From assembly GCF_009914755.1 (NCBI RefSeq), contig NC_060931.1: 64,000 nucleotides of DNA; one strand, given 5' to 3'. The translations under genes were made by a program, and so were the position numbers. The stretch comes from the human T2T-CHM13v2.0 reference genome, Homo sapiens. The notes under the pieces are model-generated. The model was not told the DNA's origin and searched no databases. It saw only the letters and a list, made by a program, of their open reading frames with translations. Below are positions 1 through 14,770 of the stretch, in pieces (position 1 is the first letter of the stretch; each line of letters opens with the position of its first letter).

Positions 1-274
1 CCCAGTGTGCCCTACCAAATGTACGTTTCAAGGGAGCAAGCCCGGCTGAATTAACAGAGGTTACATCCAAAGGGTAACAAGCAGCGTTCCTGAGTGGCTC
101 TTACATTAAGTCAAATGAAAATATTAAAGGACCTGTAATTTTCCCTTTATTGCTCTCAGTTCCATCACAGGAGCTAACTGCCTCTATAAAAATAACAAAT
201 GTTAATTTGCTGCATTACTTGATAGCTTTGCTCTGCAAAGAAGAATGCCACATTCGGTCCTGCTTTGATTCACT

Positions 275-895
275 TTCATTCCTTCATCAACAAACATGTA
301 TGGGGCACCCACTGAAATGCTGCATCCTGTTCAGGGATCTGGGGATACAGTAGTACAGTAGTGAACACACAGTCAAAAATCCCCACTCAGAGCTTGCATT
401 CAACTGGGTAGAGAAATAACAAGACAAGTAAGTAAAACACATAGTGCGTGAGATGATAGTAAGGCTCAGGGTATAAGAAGGAAGCTAGACGGGAGAGAAA
501 AGGAACAGACAAAGCTGGCGGGAGGGTGGTGGGAAATGAGGTCAAAGAGGGAACAAGCAGCTAGGTGATGAGGGCCTGTAGGACATGGCGAGAGCGGTGG
601 GTTTACCCGGACAACATGGAGAGCCAACCGGGGCTTTGAGAGGAGGCCTGACAAGCTCTTGGCGTTAGCATGCTGGTGGTCGTGTGGAGTAAGGGTGCAG
701 GGGGTCACGGGAAGAAGCAGGAAGCGAAGCTGGGAGACCAGTTCCATAATCAGGTAAGAGATGATGGTGCCCTGGGTCAGAGTGGTGAGGAGCGATCGAA
801 TTCCAGGTATGTCCTGAAAGTAGAGCTGCCATGATTTATTGATGTTATGGATGTGGGGCAAGAAAGAAAGGAGTTTAGAGTGACAAGGTTTCTGC
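275..895 (-). mobile_element. L2 LINE 3' remnant
   Basis: ttcattccttcatcaacaaacatg... resembles the reverse complement of the L2 3' terminus, followed by typical L2 body sequence. Confidence 0.75.
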
Positions 896-1059
896 GAGGT
901 CCATATTACAAGATACATGAATGATCCCAGTGAATTCCAAGTTCCTTCCAAGTAACTTCTACTGATGTCCCGAAGACACTTTCCTAAAACACCCTTTCCT
1001 CCTAACCCTAGATACCAGCTGTTTGGAGGACAGCAACCTACACTGACTGCTTCCCTACC

Positions 1060-1195
1060 TGGTATCAGACATTGTGCAAGGTGCTTTGATTCCATGTGAT
1101 CTACTAACAACCTGTGAGGTCTTGGTTATTGTCCTGTTTTATGGTTAAGAGACCTGAGACTCAGTAGATGTAGGTGATCTGCCAAGGCTTCATCT
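1060..1195 (-). mobile_element. MIR SINE
   Basis: Degenerate MIR core (aacaacctgtgagg...cctgttttatggttaagagacctgagactcag). Confidence 0.6.
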
Positions 1196-1264
1196 GGGGA
1201 AGAAGGGGTACGTATGAATGGGGTGGCATCTCTTCCACTCCAATGGTTTGCTTTCAAGAGGGAA

Positions 1265-1410
1265 AGCCAAGCCAGTATTACCACATTTTCATATTTTTCT
1301 AGAGAAATATGAAATCGAGACTACTATGTGGATTCTCCTGATATTTACATGTATAGTTTAAAAAAAAACTATGGGCCAAACAAACAAATCTGCATCCCAA
1401 ATTTCCCCTA
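1265..1410 (+). mobile_element. hAT-Charlie remnant (MER103-like)
   Basis: tttttctagagaaatatgaaatc...tatgtggattctcctgatattta...gggccaaacaaac resembles the recalled MER103C consensus. Confidence 0.45.
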
Positions 1411-2190
1411 AAGGAAGCAAGATAAAGACATCAGTGCTGCTTATTCTAAATTATTTCTAAATTTTTAAGCAATATTTTTTTCAAATGATGATCTTAGGTG
1501 ATGCAAAGGCAATTAAACCCTTTAAAGAAATCTAAGGCAGAGATTAGATGGAAGTAAAAAAACAAGGGGGGGAAAGAATTTTAAGACGGATGCTTAGGCC
1601 ACTGTTGTGGTGTACATTACATGTGAAATGTACCAGAAAGAACACAAACAGCCTTTGCCCTCCATGAGAGAAACTTGCTAGAGGAAAACAGGGACAGGAG
1701 TCTGCTAATGGCCAGGGCTCTGAGCTCCATGACCAGGGAGGGACAGAGGGGAGTTGTGCCCTGGTTGCCCTGGTGATACACAACGACGCTGCCCCGCCCC
1801 TGCTTTGGGGACACAAGCAAACTGCTCCCCAGGGCTTCACTCCTGTGTGTCTTCCCTTCCTCTCCTCCACATATCACAGCTCCCCCTTTCCCTCAGCAGG
1901 AGGCAGATTAGGGGCCCAGGTACATGGGGTAGTGCTGTACAGGTGGGAGGTGCTGGGAAGACAAAGGTCATGCTGAAATTAGGCTGTATGAAAAAGATAT
2001 GTCTGCAGTCTGGGCTGAAGGGCTCTATAGCCAGGAGGATAGTCCCTGCCATGTTTCTCTCATAGATAAAGGGTATCACAATGGCCAGTGAAGCCCGAAT
2101 ACAGAGTAGAGGTTGTGGAGAAGTGCAAGAATCCTCCCAAAGGAGTTTTAGGACAAATATCAATCAGGGTGTCCAGAAAAGTCCAACTTT

Positions 2191-2767
2191 ATTTTTTTAT
2201 CTCATTTTTAATTTTAGATTCAGGGGTTACATGTACAGGTTTTTTACATGGGTATATTGCTTGATGCTAAGGTTTGGGATATGACTGTACCCATCACCCA
2301 GGTAGTGACACAGTACCCATTTGGTAATTTTTCAACCCAAGCTCCTACCCCCACCTCTAGTAGTTCCCAGCGTCTACTGCTCCCATCTTCATGCCAATGT
2401 GTGCTCAGTGCTTAGCTCCCACTTATATGTGAGAACATGCAGTATTTGGTTTTCTGTTCCTGCATTAATCCCTTTAGGGTATTGGCCTCCAGCTGCATCC
2501 ATGTTGCTGCAAAAGATATTATTTCATTCTTTTCTATACCTGCATAGTATTCCATAGTGTATCTGTACCACATTTATCCAATCGACCATTAATAGACACC
2601 TGGATTGATTCCATGTCTTTGCTATTATGAATAGTGCTGTGATGAACATATGGGTGCATGTGTCTTTTTGGTAGGGTGATTTATTTTCACTGGGGTATAT
2701 ACCCAGTAATAAGATTGCTGGGTCAAATAGTAGCTCTGTTTAATTTCTTTGAGAAATCTCCAAACTG
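2191..2767 (-). mobile_element. 5'-truncated L1 (old L1PA/L1PB) 3' end with 16-bp TSD
   Basis: Poly-T then antisense L1 3'UTR/ORF2 end. TSD agaaaa[g/c]tccaacttt at 2175-2190 and 2768-2783. Confidence 0.88.
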
Positions 2768-4876
2768 AGAAAACTCCAACTTTAGCTTGGATGTGAGCAA
2801 GTGTGAGAGAACAGCTACTGGTGTGAAAGGTTTGAAAGTGGCCGGGAAACAGGAGTTATTACTTGCCCTGTGGGAGAGAAGGAATAAGTCTATGGAGGGG
2901 TAGAGTTTGCTTACAAGCAACCAGCTTCTAGGAGCCAACAGTGGGCTTCCTCCAGCCTCTTGTCTCAGTTCCAGCCTGGGCACACACAGGATTGGCTCTT
3001 CAGACAGAAATCAGGAGCCCGGGGAATTATTAGTCCTATCAGGCAAGAAGTATAGGTAGTAGAGGGTAAAAGTTTTGTATGTTGAGACACTACTGAGAGG
3101 TGGGAGGACATGAAAGGGAGAGGGCAGAGTGGATTATTCACACCCAAATCTTAAACTGGGACCCTACATTATAAACATGCCCCAACTTGTGCTTTCATGT
3201 TGTAATTCTATAATTTCATGTTTGCCTGATGCAGTCAAACACAATCAAACAAAAATGAAACGTGACGGGAAGGGAAAGATGAGAAAGGATGGGATTCTGA
3301 GCCTCTTCCTCTTTATTTATTTTTTCAAACCAGAAATCTAAAACTGTCCTTTACCATACCTCTTGCCCACTCCCACATGACAAATCTCACCAATTCTACC
3401 TCCCAGTGGACCCTCCATTCCATCCACCACCTTCAGGCCACTGCCAGCACCCTGAGGTAGATGGCCTTCTGGCCTATGCATTTATCTCTGTTTTCAGCCC
3501 ATTCTCTACTCCAGTGTCCAAATGACCTCTCAAACACATGCATCTGATCATACTTCTCTCTGGCTTCAACAGTTTCCCACTAACTCTTACAGAACAAAGT
3601 CCCCTGCCGCCCGGCCCATAGCAACAATGCAACAAATAGTCATTGAATAAGTGAACATTTTGATTTTACATCATTTCATGTATGCTACTCCATTTTGAGT
3701 CAGGATAAACCTCTGAGCTGACTATCAAAAAGCACACATAGTTCTTGTCAACCATTAAAGTAAACTAAAAGGGCAGGGAAAAAAAACAGCCCATGGTTTT
3801 CATACAATAAATAATAAAAGTTTCAGATTCATAGTCATCCATTTGATTATGACATATGAATTCATACAACTCATGCAGATTTGTATATATGATTGTATTT
3901 CCATTTAACAGGAATTTGTCATCATGAAAGTTATATTATGTTAAATAATTGCCCTCTACTGAATATTTGCCCCATAAGAGGAACAGGAAAAGGGTTATAA
4001 TGAATCACTGACATCAGAAGATCATGTATTTGACCTAGATGCCTCTGAATCAGCTCTGCAACTAGGACTTCAAGGTAAAACATATGTTATACAGTCAAAT
4101 ATGAATATTTTAATTCAAGAGATATGCTCTGAGGTAATTCACTGTCTGAGATTTCTTAAGCAGAATTAAATACTGTATACATTCCCCATGCTGAGGTGAA
4201 TTATCTTTTTATTTTTTTCCACAATGAAAATAGATTTTTATCAACTCTCACAAGCAGAGGCAAAAATTACTCCTACCAAATACCAATGATACTCACAGGA
4301 TGTGACATTAATGTCTAATAGGCTTAGCCAGTCTTAAAAAACCCCACCCATCACAACTCAATGGAAAATACTAATACCATATGCTGAGATATCTTAAAAT
4401 TTGAAAATAGCTTTATCTTTCCATCTTGTTTATGGTAACTTGTATTCTTGTTTTGTGTTTCTATGGGGTGGAATCTGGCAATCTTTTCAGGTGTAGTATC
4501 TGCCTTGGCACCTGGCTCAGAAAGAGTTCCCTTTCCTCAGTCCCTGCATGTGCCCACCCTTATCCTCTGAGAACATTTATTTTATCTTCCTCACATTAGT
4601 CTTCATCTTAGCTATGAACTTATTTTTGTATAGAGCATATAGAATAAAGCTGGGGTCATTTTTTCTTCAAATGATGAGTTGTTGGCCCAAATAGATTTAT
4701 TGAATGATTCTTACATACCTTTGACTTTATGTTTTAACTTTCCATAATTTTCCACTGATTTGTCTATTTATATTTGTAATATTTTAATATCCAACAAGAT
4801 AAGGTCAACTTCCTTTTAGTGAAAGCAAGTTGTTAAGTTAGTCTGTTTAAGTCATTACTTGTGTTCGCAATGTTTT

Positions 4877-5210
<334 letters not shown>

Positions 5211-5850
5211 TGCAATGTTTTAATATCTTACAACACAAGGTCTACTTCCTTTCACCAAAATTTTCCAATTTATAATTTATATTTTATAGGTTTATCAGCC
5301 TGTTTCTAATTCCGTATTTTCTTGATGTGGCTTCCAGCTTCTGTTCTTGATTTGTCATCTTAGTTATCTTTATTTTATTAGCCTTTTCAAAGAATTAATT
5401 TGTACTTTAACTGATTAATTTTTTGGTATTATTTTATTGTCTCATTCCTTGATTTCTGCTTGTAATCTTGATATTCCTTTCTCCTCCTGTCCTTAGATTG
5501 GGTTTTCCTGGCTTCTTAAGTAGACACTCATTTTCTTTAATTTTATCTTTTCCTGTATAACATAAAAGCATTTAAAACAACTGCTTTTTCCCTGAATATA
5601 GCTTTGCTTGTCTCCCATGACTTTAGTGTGTAACGTGCTCAATGTCATTAATTTCTATATAGTGCCTAAATGTAGCTTTGATTTCCTCTCTTTGACTTAA
5701 GTTACTTAACATAAATCTTTCTAATTTTTCAAGTAAATTGTGATAAACCTTTTCAATTATTTTCTAATTCTTTGAGTTGTGGAGAGAATGTGGTCTATGT
5801 GATTTCTGCTTTTAGCAATGCAGGGACATGAACTTCATTGTTTCTATATA

Positions 5851-6284
5851 CCGTTGACCCTTGAACAACACAGATTTCAACTGCACTGGTCCATGGACTT
5901 TCTTCCACCTCTGCCACCTATAGGACAGTAGGACCAACCCCTCTTCTTCCTCATCCTCCTCAGCCTACTCAACGTGAAGATGTTGAGGATGAAGACCTTT
6001 ATGATCATCCAATTCCACTTAATGAATAGTAAATATATTTTCTCTTCCTTACGGTTTTCTTAACATTTTCTTTTCACTAGCTTACTTTACTGTAAGAATG
6101 CAGCATATAATACACATTACATACAAAATATATGCTAATCAACTGTTTGTACTATCGTTAAGGTTTCCAGTTAACAGTAGGCTATTAGTAATTAAGTTTT
6201 TGGGGAGTCAAAAATTACACGTAGATTTTTTACTGCATTGCGGGGTTGGCACCCCTAACCGCCACATTGTTAAAGGGTCAACGG
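5851..6284 (+). mobile_element. Tigger2a/MER28-type non-autonomous DNA transposon
   Basis: 434 bp, terminal inverted repeats ccgttgaccctt/aagggtcaacgg, TA on both sides; body matches the recalled Tigger2a consensus. Confidence 0.88.
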
Positions 6285-7204
6285 TAAATATATATCTACA
6301 TATTACATCTACATAAATTGCTATGTTCTTATACATCAAATTTGGTCTGTATTTGGTCTGTATTTGTTCTGTAGCATGCACTTGTATTAATATTTTATCA
6401 TTAATATTAAATAAATTTGAAATATTTTAAATATTTATGTATTGTAAATATTATTTTAATAGTAAAATAATAAATAGTTTTAGTATAAATGAATTAACAA
6501 AGCCCCTACTTTCCAATAGTATTCCAACAGTCCACTGTTATGAGTCTCCTCATACAGAGCACTGTGATATAAAATATCGTTGTATCTTTTTATTTTCTTA
6601 TAATATATTCCTAAGAGTGGAATCACTGAATCAAAAGTTGTAAGCATCTTTAAGGACCACTCCCAAACAACAATTTGAGAGTGGCCTTTGGATTCAGTCC
6701 TCGCCAAGAGGTAACAAGGTTTTTAAAATACATTTTTATTTGTGATAGTTTAAAAAAATAAAAGATAAAAATCCCACTTTAAATGCATTTATTTTATTAT
6801 TAATTAATCTTACCTTTCCCATACCTTTCTAAATTATTTTTATTGCTTCTTTTGAGAACAATCTAGGCCAATCATGAGTTTTAAGCAAATATTTAAATTT
6901 TTCTTTGTATCTGTTTATCATGTCACATTCCTGTTATAATATTCCTTCCATTCCATGCCTCTTTGAGTTACCCAGAAATTCCAGATTAACATTAAAAAAT
7001 AGTATTTAATGGTGGAATCCTCTTCATATTCCCGATTTTTAAATACAATGACTTCAGTGTCAGCATACTCTGATGTTCTCGTAAGATTAATATTAATATT
7101 TTTACCATAAAAAAGGTTTTATTTTTAAAACAGGAATGAGTGGTGAACTTTATCATAACTTCTATATATCTATTGAGATTATTACTTACTGATTGGCTAC
7201 ACTT

Positions 7205-7285
7205 TTATGTTGAACCATAGGAAAATGTCAATCTTTGACCATTTTTTACCTAGAAAGTATGGTAATTTTCTATTGTTCAACCTAA
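7205..7285. mobile_element. MADE2-like mariner-derived miniature palindromic element
   Basis: About 80 bp: ttatgttgaaccataggaaaat...aattttctattgttcaacctaa, an imperfect inverted repeat. Confidence 0.7.
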
Positions 7286-8294
7286 CATATTAAATGATAT
7301 GCTAAATATTAAACCATCCTTGCACCGAAGAGACAACTCCTACCTGGTTACAGAGGTTAATTCTTTCAGTGCCCTTTTAAATTCAGTTTGTCAGTGTTTC
7401 TATATGAGATTTGGTATCTGCATTCATGAGTTAGCTTTGGCTGGGTGTTCTTTATTCAATCTTTGTTATAAGGTAATTTGCATAAGACATTAAGACACTG
7501 TTATAAAGTGACAGGTACTACCACAAACATTACCCATGCTGGCAGTGAGCCACAGATACAGCTTGTCTTCTGCCAAGCAGGAAACTGTACTCAAAAGACG
7601 ATTACAAATGATTGCTCATTATGCCAGTTCACATCTTTTCCTTGAAGCTCATTAGCACAGAGACGCCGAACTCTCCTGAGGTCCTTGTTATCCAGTGGAT
7701 CTCCTCTCCTGCTCCAAAACAGCCTTTCCCATTGTCAGTGAGCAGTGCCACCTTACCAGCTGTGCCCAGCCATAAACCTGCCCTTCTGTAATAGAAATCA
7801 AGAGAGAATGTCCAGGCATCCAAATGTCAAGGCCTCATCCACAGCCACCATGGCTGGCCCTTCTTCGCTACTGCAACAGTTGTCCCGAGAATTCACTCTG
7901 ATACTAATTGGAAGCCCTCATTCCCAAGAAGCAGGTGTCTGACTACACTTCTTTCTCCAGATCTGTTAAAATAGCATCTCATTAAAAGCAACCTCCCTTG
8001 GGAGATAAGGCCAAAGACCTCTGTCTTATTTCACACTTAAATTATTTTTTCTCTTTGCTTAATCCAAGTTCCATTTTGTGAAGGGGCCTTTAAGCTCAAA
8101 CGGTTACTTTTTTCATGATCTAGGACACTCAAAGCTGTATTCTAATAATTAAATTTATGATATTTGAAAATCCAAACTATGCCTTATTCATTTTCTTATT
8201 CTTTCAAGCCCTCCCAGTATCTATAGCACAGTTCTGCTCAGTAAATGCTTGCTGGATTCAAAGTATTAACATAGTCGTATTTTTCAGAGGTAAG

Positions 8295-8430
8295 GTAATG
8301 GAATGGAAAGACTAGGACCTCAAAATGCTAAAGATCTGCCTGGAAATCCCAGCTCCACTGTGTAACTTTGTCTGAGTGACTCAAGCTCTCTGAGTGTCTG
8401 TTTTCACTTTTGCAATATGGACTAATCAGA
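8295..8430 (+). mobile_element. MIR SINE
   Basis: aatcccagctccactgtgtaactttg...ctctctgagtgtctgttttc MIR core. Confidence 0.55.
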
Positions 8431-8916
8431 TTGCTGGCAGCTCTCAAGAAGAAAGCAAACATAATTTATATAATATTTGAGGTGAGCAAGCACTCTCCTC
8501 ACCTTCTCTACTCCCTCATTATAAGATCCTATAAAGAACCCCAGAAAACTACCGAAGGCCTGTGTATTGCTCAGATCCCAAAAGCAAAACCATAACTACC
8601 TGTGGGTATCAATGCAAAACCATTAGCAAATTTTCTATGTGGATCTAAACGCCCTAAGGAAGGCAGCAAATAAAAGTCCTTCAACCTGGTCATCTCACCC
8701 TGTCTATGCCATTGATAATGGAGGATGTTAAGCACAAGCCATCTGAGGACAGCCCAGACGCTCTACAGCCCAACAGTGGGCAGCACCACAGACGCCAATA
8801 AGGGGGATGAGACACCTTGTCCCAAGGTCCACAGAGGCCCACCCTGACCACCTGGCAGCCCTCTCTCAGAGCCTCCTCCACCTCAGCTCAGTAGCCCAGC
8901 TTTCTAAATTGATTTC

Positions 8917-9384
8917 TGTGTCTGTTTCCCATAGCTGTTATAACAACTACCACAAACTTTGTGGCTGGAAACAACACAAACTATTTGTTCTGGGGGTCAG
9001 AAGTTTGAAATGAGTCTTACCAGGCTAACATCGAGCTGTCGGCAGGGCTGTGCTCCTTCTGGAAGCTCTAAAGGAGCATCCTTCCATTGCCTTTTCTAGT
9101 TTCTGAAGGCTGCCCATATTCCTTGGCGCATGGCCCTGCATCACTCTGACCTCTGCTTCATGGTCGCATCTCCTTCTCTGACTCACTTGCCTCCTTCTTG
9201 CTTTTATAGCAATCCCTGTGGTTACAGTGAGCCTACCCCAGTAATCCAGAATAATCTCCCCATCTCAAGATCCTGAACTGAACTACATCTACAAAGTCTC
9301 TTTTGTCAGGTAAGGCAAGATATTAAAAAATTCCGGAAATCAGGATGTAGACATCTTTGAGAGTACATTATTCTGCCTACCACA
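8917..9384 (-). mobile_element. MaLR solo LTR (MLT1D-like)
   Basis: TG...CA termini; typical MLT1 motifs (taacaactaccacaaact, aataatctccccatctcaagatc, attctgcctaccaca). Confidence 0.85.
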
Positions 9385-9712
9385 GTTTTCAATACCTTGA
9401 CGTGACACCCTGAAATGATGCACCAAGAACACTGCTTCTCTTCTGTGGTATTCCCACTGAAATTGTGTAGCCTAAATCATGGTATCCTGAGGAAACAGAC
9501 TGCCCAAATTAAGACACATTCTCCAAAATTACTGGTGTATCGTCTTCAAAAAGTCAATATCCCGGCCCAATGGAAGGCTGAAAGTTGCCTGAGATTAAAC
9601 TAAAAGGATATGATGTTGTAAAGAGCACAACTGACAACACCTGAATCAGGTCCAGAGATGAGAAAATAGTACCATATCTATTTCCTCATTGCAAATATTG
9701 AACCTACTTTAT

Positions 9713-10021
<309 letters not shown>

Positions 10022-12158
10022 TTAAGAAACACAATCCTCATTTCTCAGAATTTCAAAGCAAAGAAAGAGGCTACATGAACCAGCTTTGAAATGCTTTTCT
10101 ATTCTCTCAACCTCCTTTGGACTCCATGGGTGCCAGATCCTTCCTAGCACCCGAACCATATTTGGTAGTTAGCTAGGTACAAGCTACAGCTACGAACGTA
10201 CATGCTTCCATGGTGGCTTAAAACAGTGGTTGGTTTCTAACGCCCCTAGACTATGCAAATGGAGTTACATGGAGTGTGCAGAAGAAGAGCCAGGCCTCCA
10301 TATCAGTCTTCCATGGAGGTTCTGAAACCCAGCATGCCAAGGGCTTGTCAGATCCAGTAGACCAAGCATCACAGCTCAGCCCTCCCTGCTCATGCAGTCT
10401 GGTCATTTATGTGACACTTCCCTGAGGCCTCAAAGGATTGCTAGGTCCCAGAGTGGACAATGCTACCAATCCAGCTAAACTGTATTCAGACCGTGCTCTC
10501 ATCCTGGAAGCAAAAATAAGAAAAGAGATGCACATTTTGACAAATCTGACAAACATGTGACTGTGTAATTCAACAAACGTGATGTCCTTTCTCTTCAGTG
10601 AATGCAGGGTGGAGCAGAAAGAATTTAGGTTACATGTCAGAAATAATTACAGTAGGAGAATTATATCCTATACTGATTAAGATGTTGAGAGAATTTCCAG
10701 GAAGCTTCAAAAAATAGACACACAAGTGTGATTGTGCCTGTCTGAAATGGGATGATGTGGTCATTTGTGAAAACCACATCTGGGGAAGATGAGTGGTCCT
10801 CATTCACCTGTGCTCTAAGATCTTTGTAAATAGGAGATTTTTGCACTATCTCCAACAAGGCACACACAGAAACAATGCATAGCAACAGATCTAGAAAACG
10901 AATAATCATACATTGTGCAGGCAGACGAATTTTGACTATCCAATGATGGCAGGACAGATTGCAACAAGAGCAAAGGACAAGGTGATAAACCCTCCTATCC
11001 CCCAGCCCAGAGCCTCTGCACCTTCGGCAAGCCCAGCATGTCTGTGGACTGGGCAATGCTTGTGTGCTGATGTGGGGTAGAGAAAGGAGATATGCAAGAA
11101 TGAGGACGAGCACACACTGCCCCAGCCCTGCACAGGGCAGTTGAGAGCTTGGGATGAGTCTACGGGCCTAGGTTGGGATCCTGGCTCAGCCATGTGTTGC
11201 TCACATGAGTAGAATAGATTACTTCATCCCATGGAGCCTCAGCTTCCTCAATAACTACCTCCTAAGGTTCCTGAGAACTGGAAGAGTCCTTCATCCAAAG
11301 ACCCAGCTCTTATTATTATTACCAGGAATCTACCCTGTTATAAAAGCTCTACACCAAATGAACTATGTTCCCTCTTCAATCTCCCCTCTGCCTCAGGAGG
11401 ACTGACTTTGTCATCTAAAGCAAATGATGGCCGATTCAAAGTTCTTTTTTCTCACCCTTTTCTTCTCAGGCTGTCTCTAAGAACAGCATTTTCCTTCATT
11501 TTTTTTTCCTAATAGTTTTCTTTATTTGGAGGTACAATGTGATTAGTCAAAGTAGACTATCATTTTTATTCCCTCCATCCTTCATAAAAATGACAAAGGA
11601 TTAACAGGTGATTCATTTGGAAGTTAGTAAAGATTAATGAAGGATATTTATCACATAAACACAAATTTCTGTGGCAAAGATAAAGCAATTAGCTTTTCTT
11701 CAGTGAAGTCTGAAGCCTTTTGGGGTACTGATCCCATAATAAGTATGGCTACAGAACCAGAAAGGCCTAGACAGAGGATAAACTGTTATGCAGTAAGGAG
11801 GCAGAGCCACTCAGAGCAGAAAGGGTGGGAGAAGGGGACAAGAGAGGAAAGGTGAGGGGACGAGGGGAACATGGGCTAAAGTTTGGGTATTGAGAGAGAA
11901 AGCAAGAGGAAGAAAGGGGTTTTTAGGGGGCTACACTGCCATGACACATGAAATGATGGAAAAGAGATGAGACGGAAAGCATCTCTAGAACATTCTGCTG
12001 TATATTAGTCAATGTACTTTGCCTTTGGGCCCCTTTTTGAGAACCTTCAGCAGAGACTTCTGGAACTTTCTAAGGCTTTTGTGGAGGTCACATTTGGTTC
12101 TCTGTGAAAATGTAAGGTAGAGTCCATTTAATATTTCTTTTGATTTTTAGAATTTTGA

Positions 12159-12508
<350 letters not shown>

Positions 12509-12589
12509 TTTATAATGTTATTTTGAGTGCTAGAAGTCTAAACTCGTAGGAAAGAAAGCCCCTCAGTGCGAGTCTATGGCCATCCCTCA

Positions 12590-12780
12590 TATGCATGACC
12601 TCACTTACTCCTCACAACTGTGTGGTGTAGAAAACGCTCGTGTCCTTACATTACAAATCAAGAAATGAGTGCTCAGAGAGATTGTGGAACTCGTGCAAGC
12701 CTGCACAGTAAGTAAATGGGAGAGCTGGGACTCAAACCTAGGTCTTGTACTAGGTCAGTACAAGCCCAGTCCCCATGCTT
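12590..12780 (-). mobile_element. MIR SINE
   Basis: tcctcacaac...gctcagagagattg...gagctgggactcaaacctaggtc. Confidence 0.65.
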
Positions 12781-12814
12781 TAGGTTTTGGGGTATCTTTG
12801 GTTTAGGGATTTGT

Positions 12815-13690
12815 TTTTTGCTTTTTGCTTTTTAAAAAAATTGTGGTGAGATTCAAATAACATGAAATTCACCATTGTAACCCTTTTTAAATGTGTAACT
12901 CAGGGGTATTTAGTGCATTCACACTGTTGTGCAACCGTCACCACTGTCTAGTTCCGGAATATTTTCATCATCCCAAAAAAGAACCCTGTATTCATTAGGC
13001 AGTGAGTCCCTATTCCTCCCTCTCCACATTTCCTGGCAAACACTAATCTGCTTTCTGTCTTTATGGATTTGCCTATTCTAGCTATTTCATATAGGTGGAA
13101 TATCTACAATACATTATGTGGCCTTTGGTGACCACTCCTTTCACTTAGCATGTTTTCTACATTCATCCATACTGTGGCACGTCTCAGAACGTCATTCTCT
13201 TTTTTTTTTTTTTTTTTTTTGTGAGACAGGGTCTCACTTTGTCGCCCAGGACAGAATGCAGTAGTGCAATCTCAGCTCATTACAGCTTCAAATTCCTAGG
13301 CTGAAGCCATCCTCCTGCCTCAGTCTCCTGAGTAGCTGGGGCCACAGGCAAATGCCACCACTCCTGGCTAATTTTTTAAACTTTTTTGTAGAGACAGGGT
13401 CTTGCTATGTTGCCCAGGCTGGTCTTGAACTCTCGGCCTCAAGCAATCCTCATGCTTTGGCCTCCCAAAGCACTAGGATTACAGGTATGAGCCACCGTGC
13501 CAGGCCAATCATCCCTTTTTAAAGCTAAATAATATTCATTACACTGTATGAATTTTCACATTTTATTTATCTTTCCTCAGTGAATGGACATTTGTGTTGT
13601 TTCTACCTTTGACTGTTATAAATAATGCTGCTGTGAACATTCAAGTCCGAGTTTTTGTTTGAACACTTGTTTTCAATTCCTTTGAGAAAT
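12815..13690 (-). mobile_element. L1MB-type 3' end interrupted by an AluJ
   Basis: Antisense L1M 3'UTR motifs on both sides of the Alu at 13199-13506. Confidence 0.8.
13199..13506 (-). mobile_element. AluJ
   Basis: Diverged dimer with AluJ-type motifs (gagacagggtctcact, ctcaagcaatcctc). Confidence 0.9.
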
Positions 13691-14578
13691 CCCCATGTTT
13701 TTCATCATTACAGTGCCCAACTCTTCAAAATGTGACTAATTCCCATGACAACCACCTAGCTTTGAGGGATCCAAGGAGGCTCAGAAAAGCATTCTTTAAT
13801 GGAGATGGTGACTTAGAAATGACACATTCAGAGAAATGCCCTAAATTCTACCAACCGAAAATTTCTCAATTTCAGTACTAATTTCTAAAGGTCCCAAATA
13901 TTCATAGAAGATCCACCCAATATGAAAGCAACTAACCAGCACTTCAAATCACCTCATTTTCTTATTACGAGCTCCACTTTAGCTAAATTTCCAAAGCAGA
14001 ACATGCAAAATGCTAACATAGTTAAATGTCTATTTGGTTATACATAAATGGTGCATGTCCATTAATGTATAATACATTTTGAATGCAAAAGGTAAATACC
14101 CTTTATGATTTCTCAAGCTACCATCAAAGAGGCTCCAGTGGTCAACAGCAGGAGGGTGACAGACCCCTTCAGGGACCTCAGGACCCCCGGTGAAGCAAGG
14201 TAGGAGTATAGTAAGTGGAGGAAAGCAGTTGAGGAAAAGAAACCAAGAGGCTCTGTTTCTACTACTGGAAAATGGTTTAATTAATATCTGCTAAGTCATC
14301 GATATCTATGACTGCACAATAAAATGAAAGTGCAGGGGGTCCAGATGCTATAAGGATGAAGACAAGGAACCCTGCACAATGTTCTCAGTTTATTTGAATT
14401 ACATAGGCCACTGAAGGCACTGAAAATAGGACCTGAGACTTCCAATACCCAGGACTTTGTGGGATGAATTCCTGATGTTAAACTCCATTTACAAAGCCTT
14501 ATGAAAATTACTTAAAACACAGAATTTTCTTTTAGCTTCCCCCTTGGAGAAAAGGCTGATATAAGTCAGTGATTTTCT

Positions 14579-14770
14579 TTTTCTTTTCTTAATTTGTCAC
14601 ATTGATTTTATTTCTCTGCTTTTTTTAAATTTTTTTCCATTTCAATTTTTAGTAGAGATGAGGTCTCACTGTGTTGTCCAGGCTGGTCTCAAACCCCTAA
14701 CTCAAGTGTTCTTCTTGCCTCCACCTCCCAAAGTGCTGGGATTACAGGCAAGAGCCACCACGCCTGGCCC
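14579..14770 (-). mobile_element. Alu left monomer (FLAM-like) with decayed tail
   Basis: Single monomer; TSD tcag[t/a]gattttct at 14566-14578 and 14772-14784. Confidence 0.85.

Noticed and set aside
466-1110. 214-aa minus-strand ORF
   Set aside because: Largely within an L2 remnant; no recognisable domain or exon structure.
7240-7265. AG|GT recursive-splice-like site on the - strand (actttctag|gtaaaa)
   Set aside because: Short pyrimidine tract, weak donor, inside a MADE element. My by-eye scan for recursive sites was not exhaustive.
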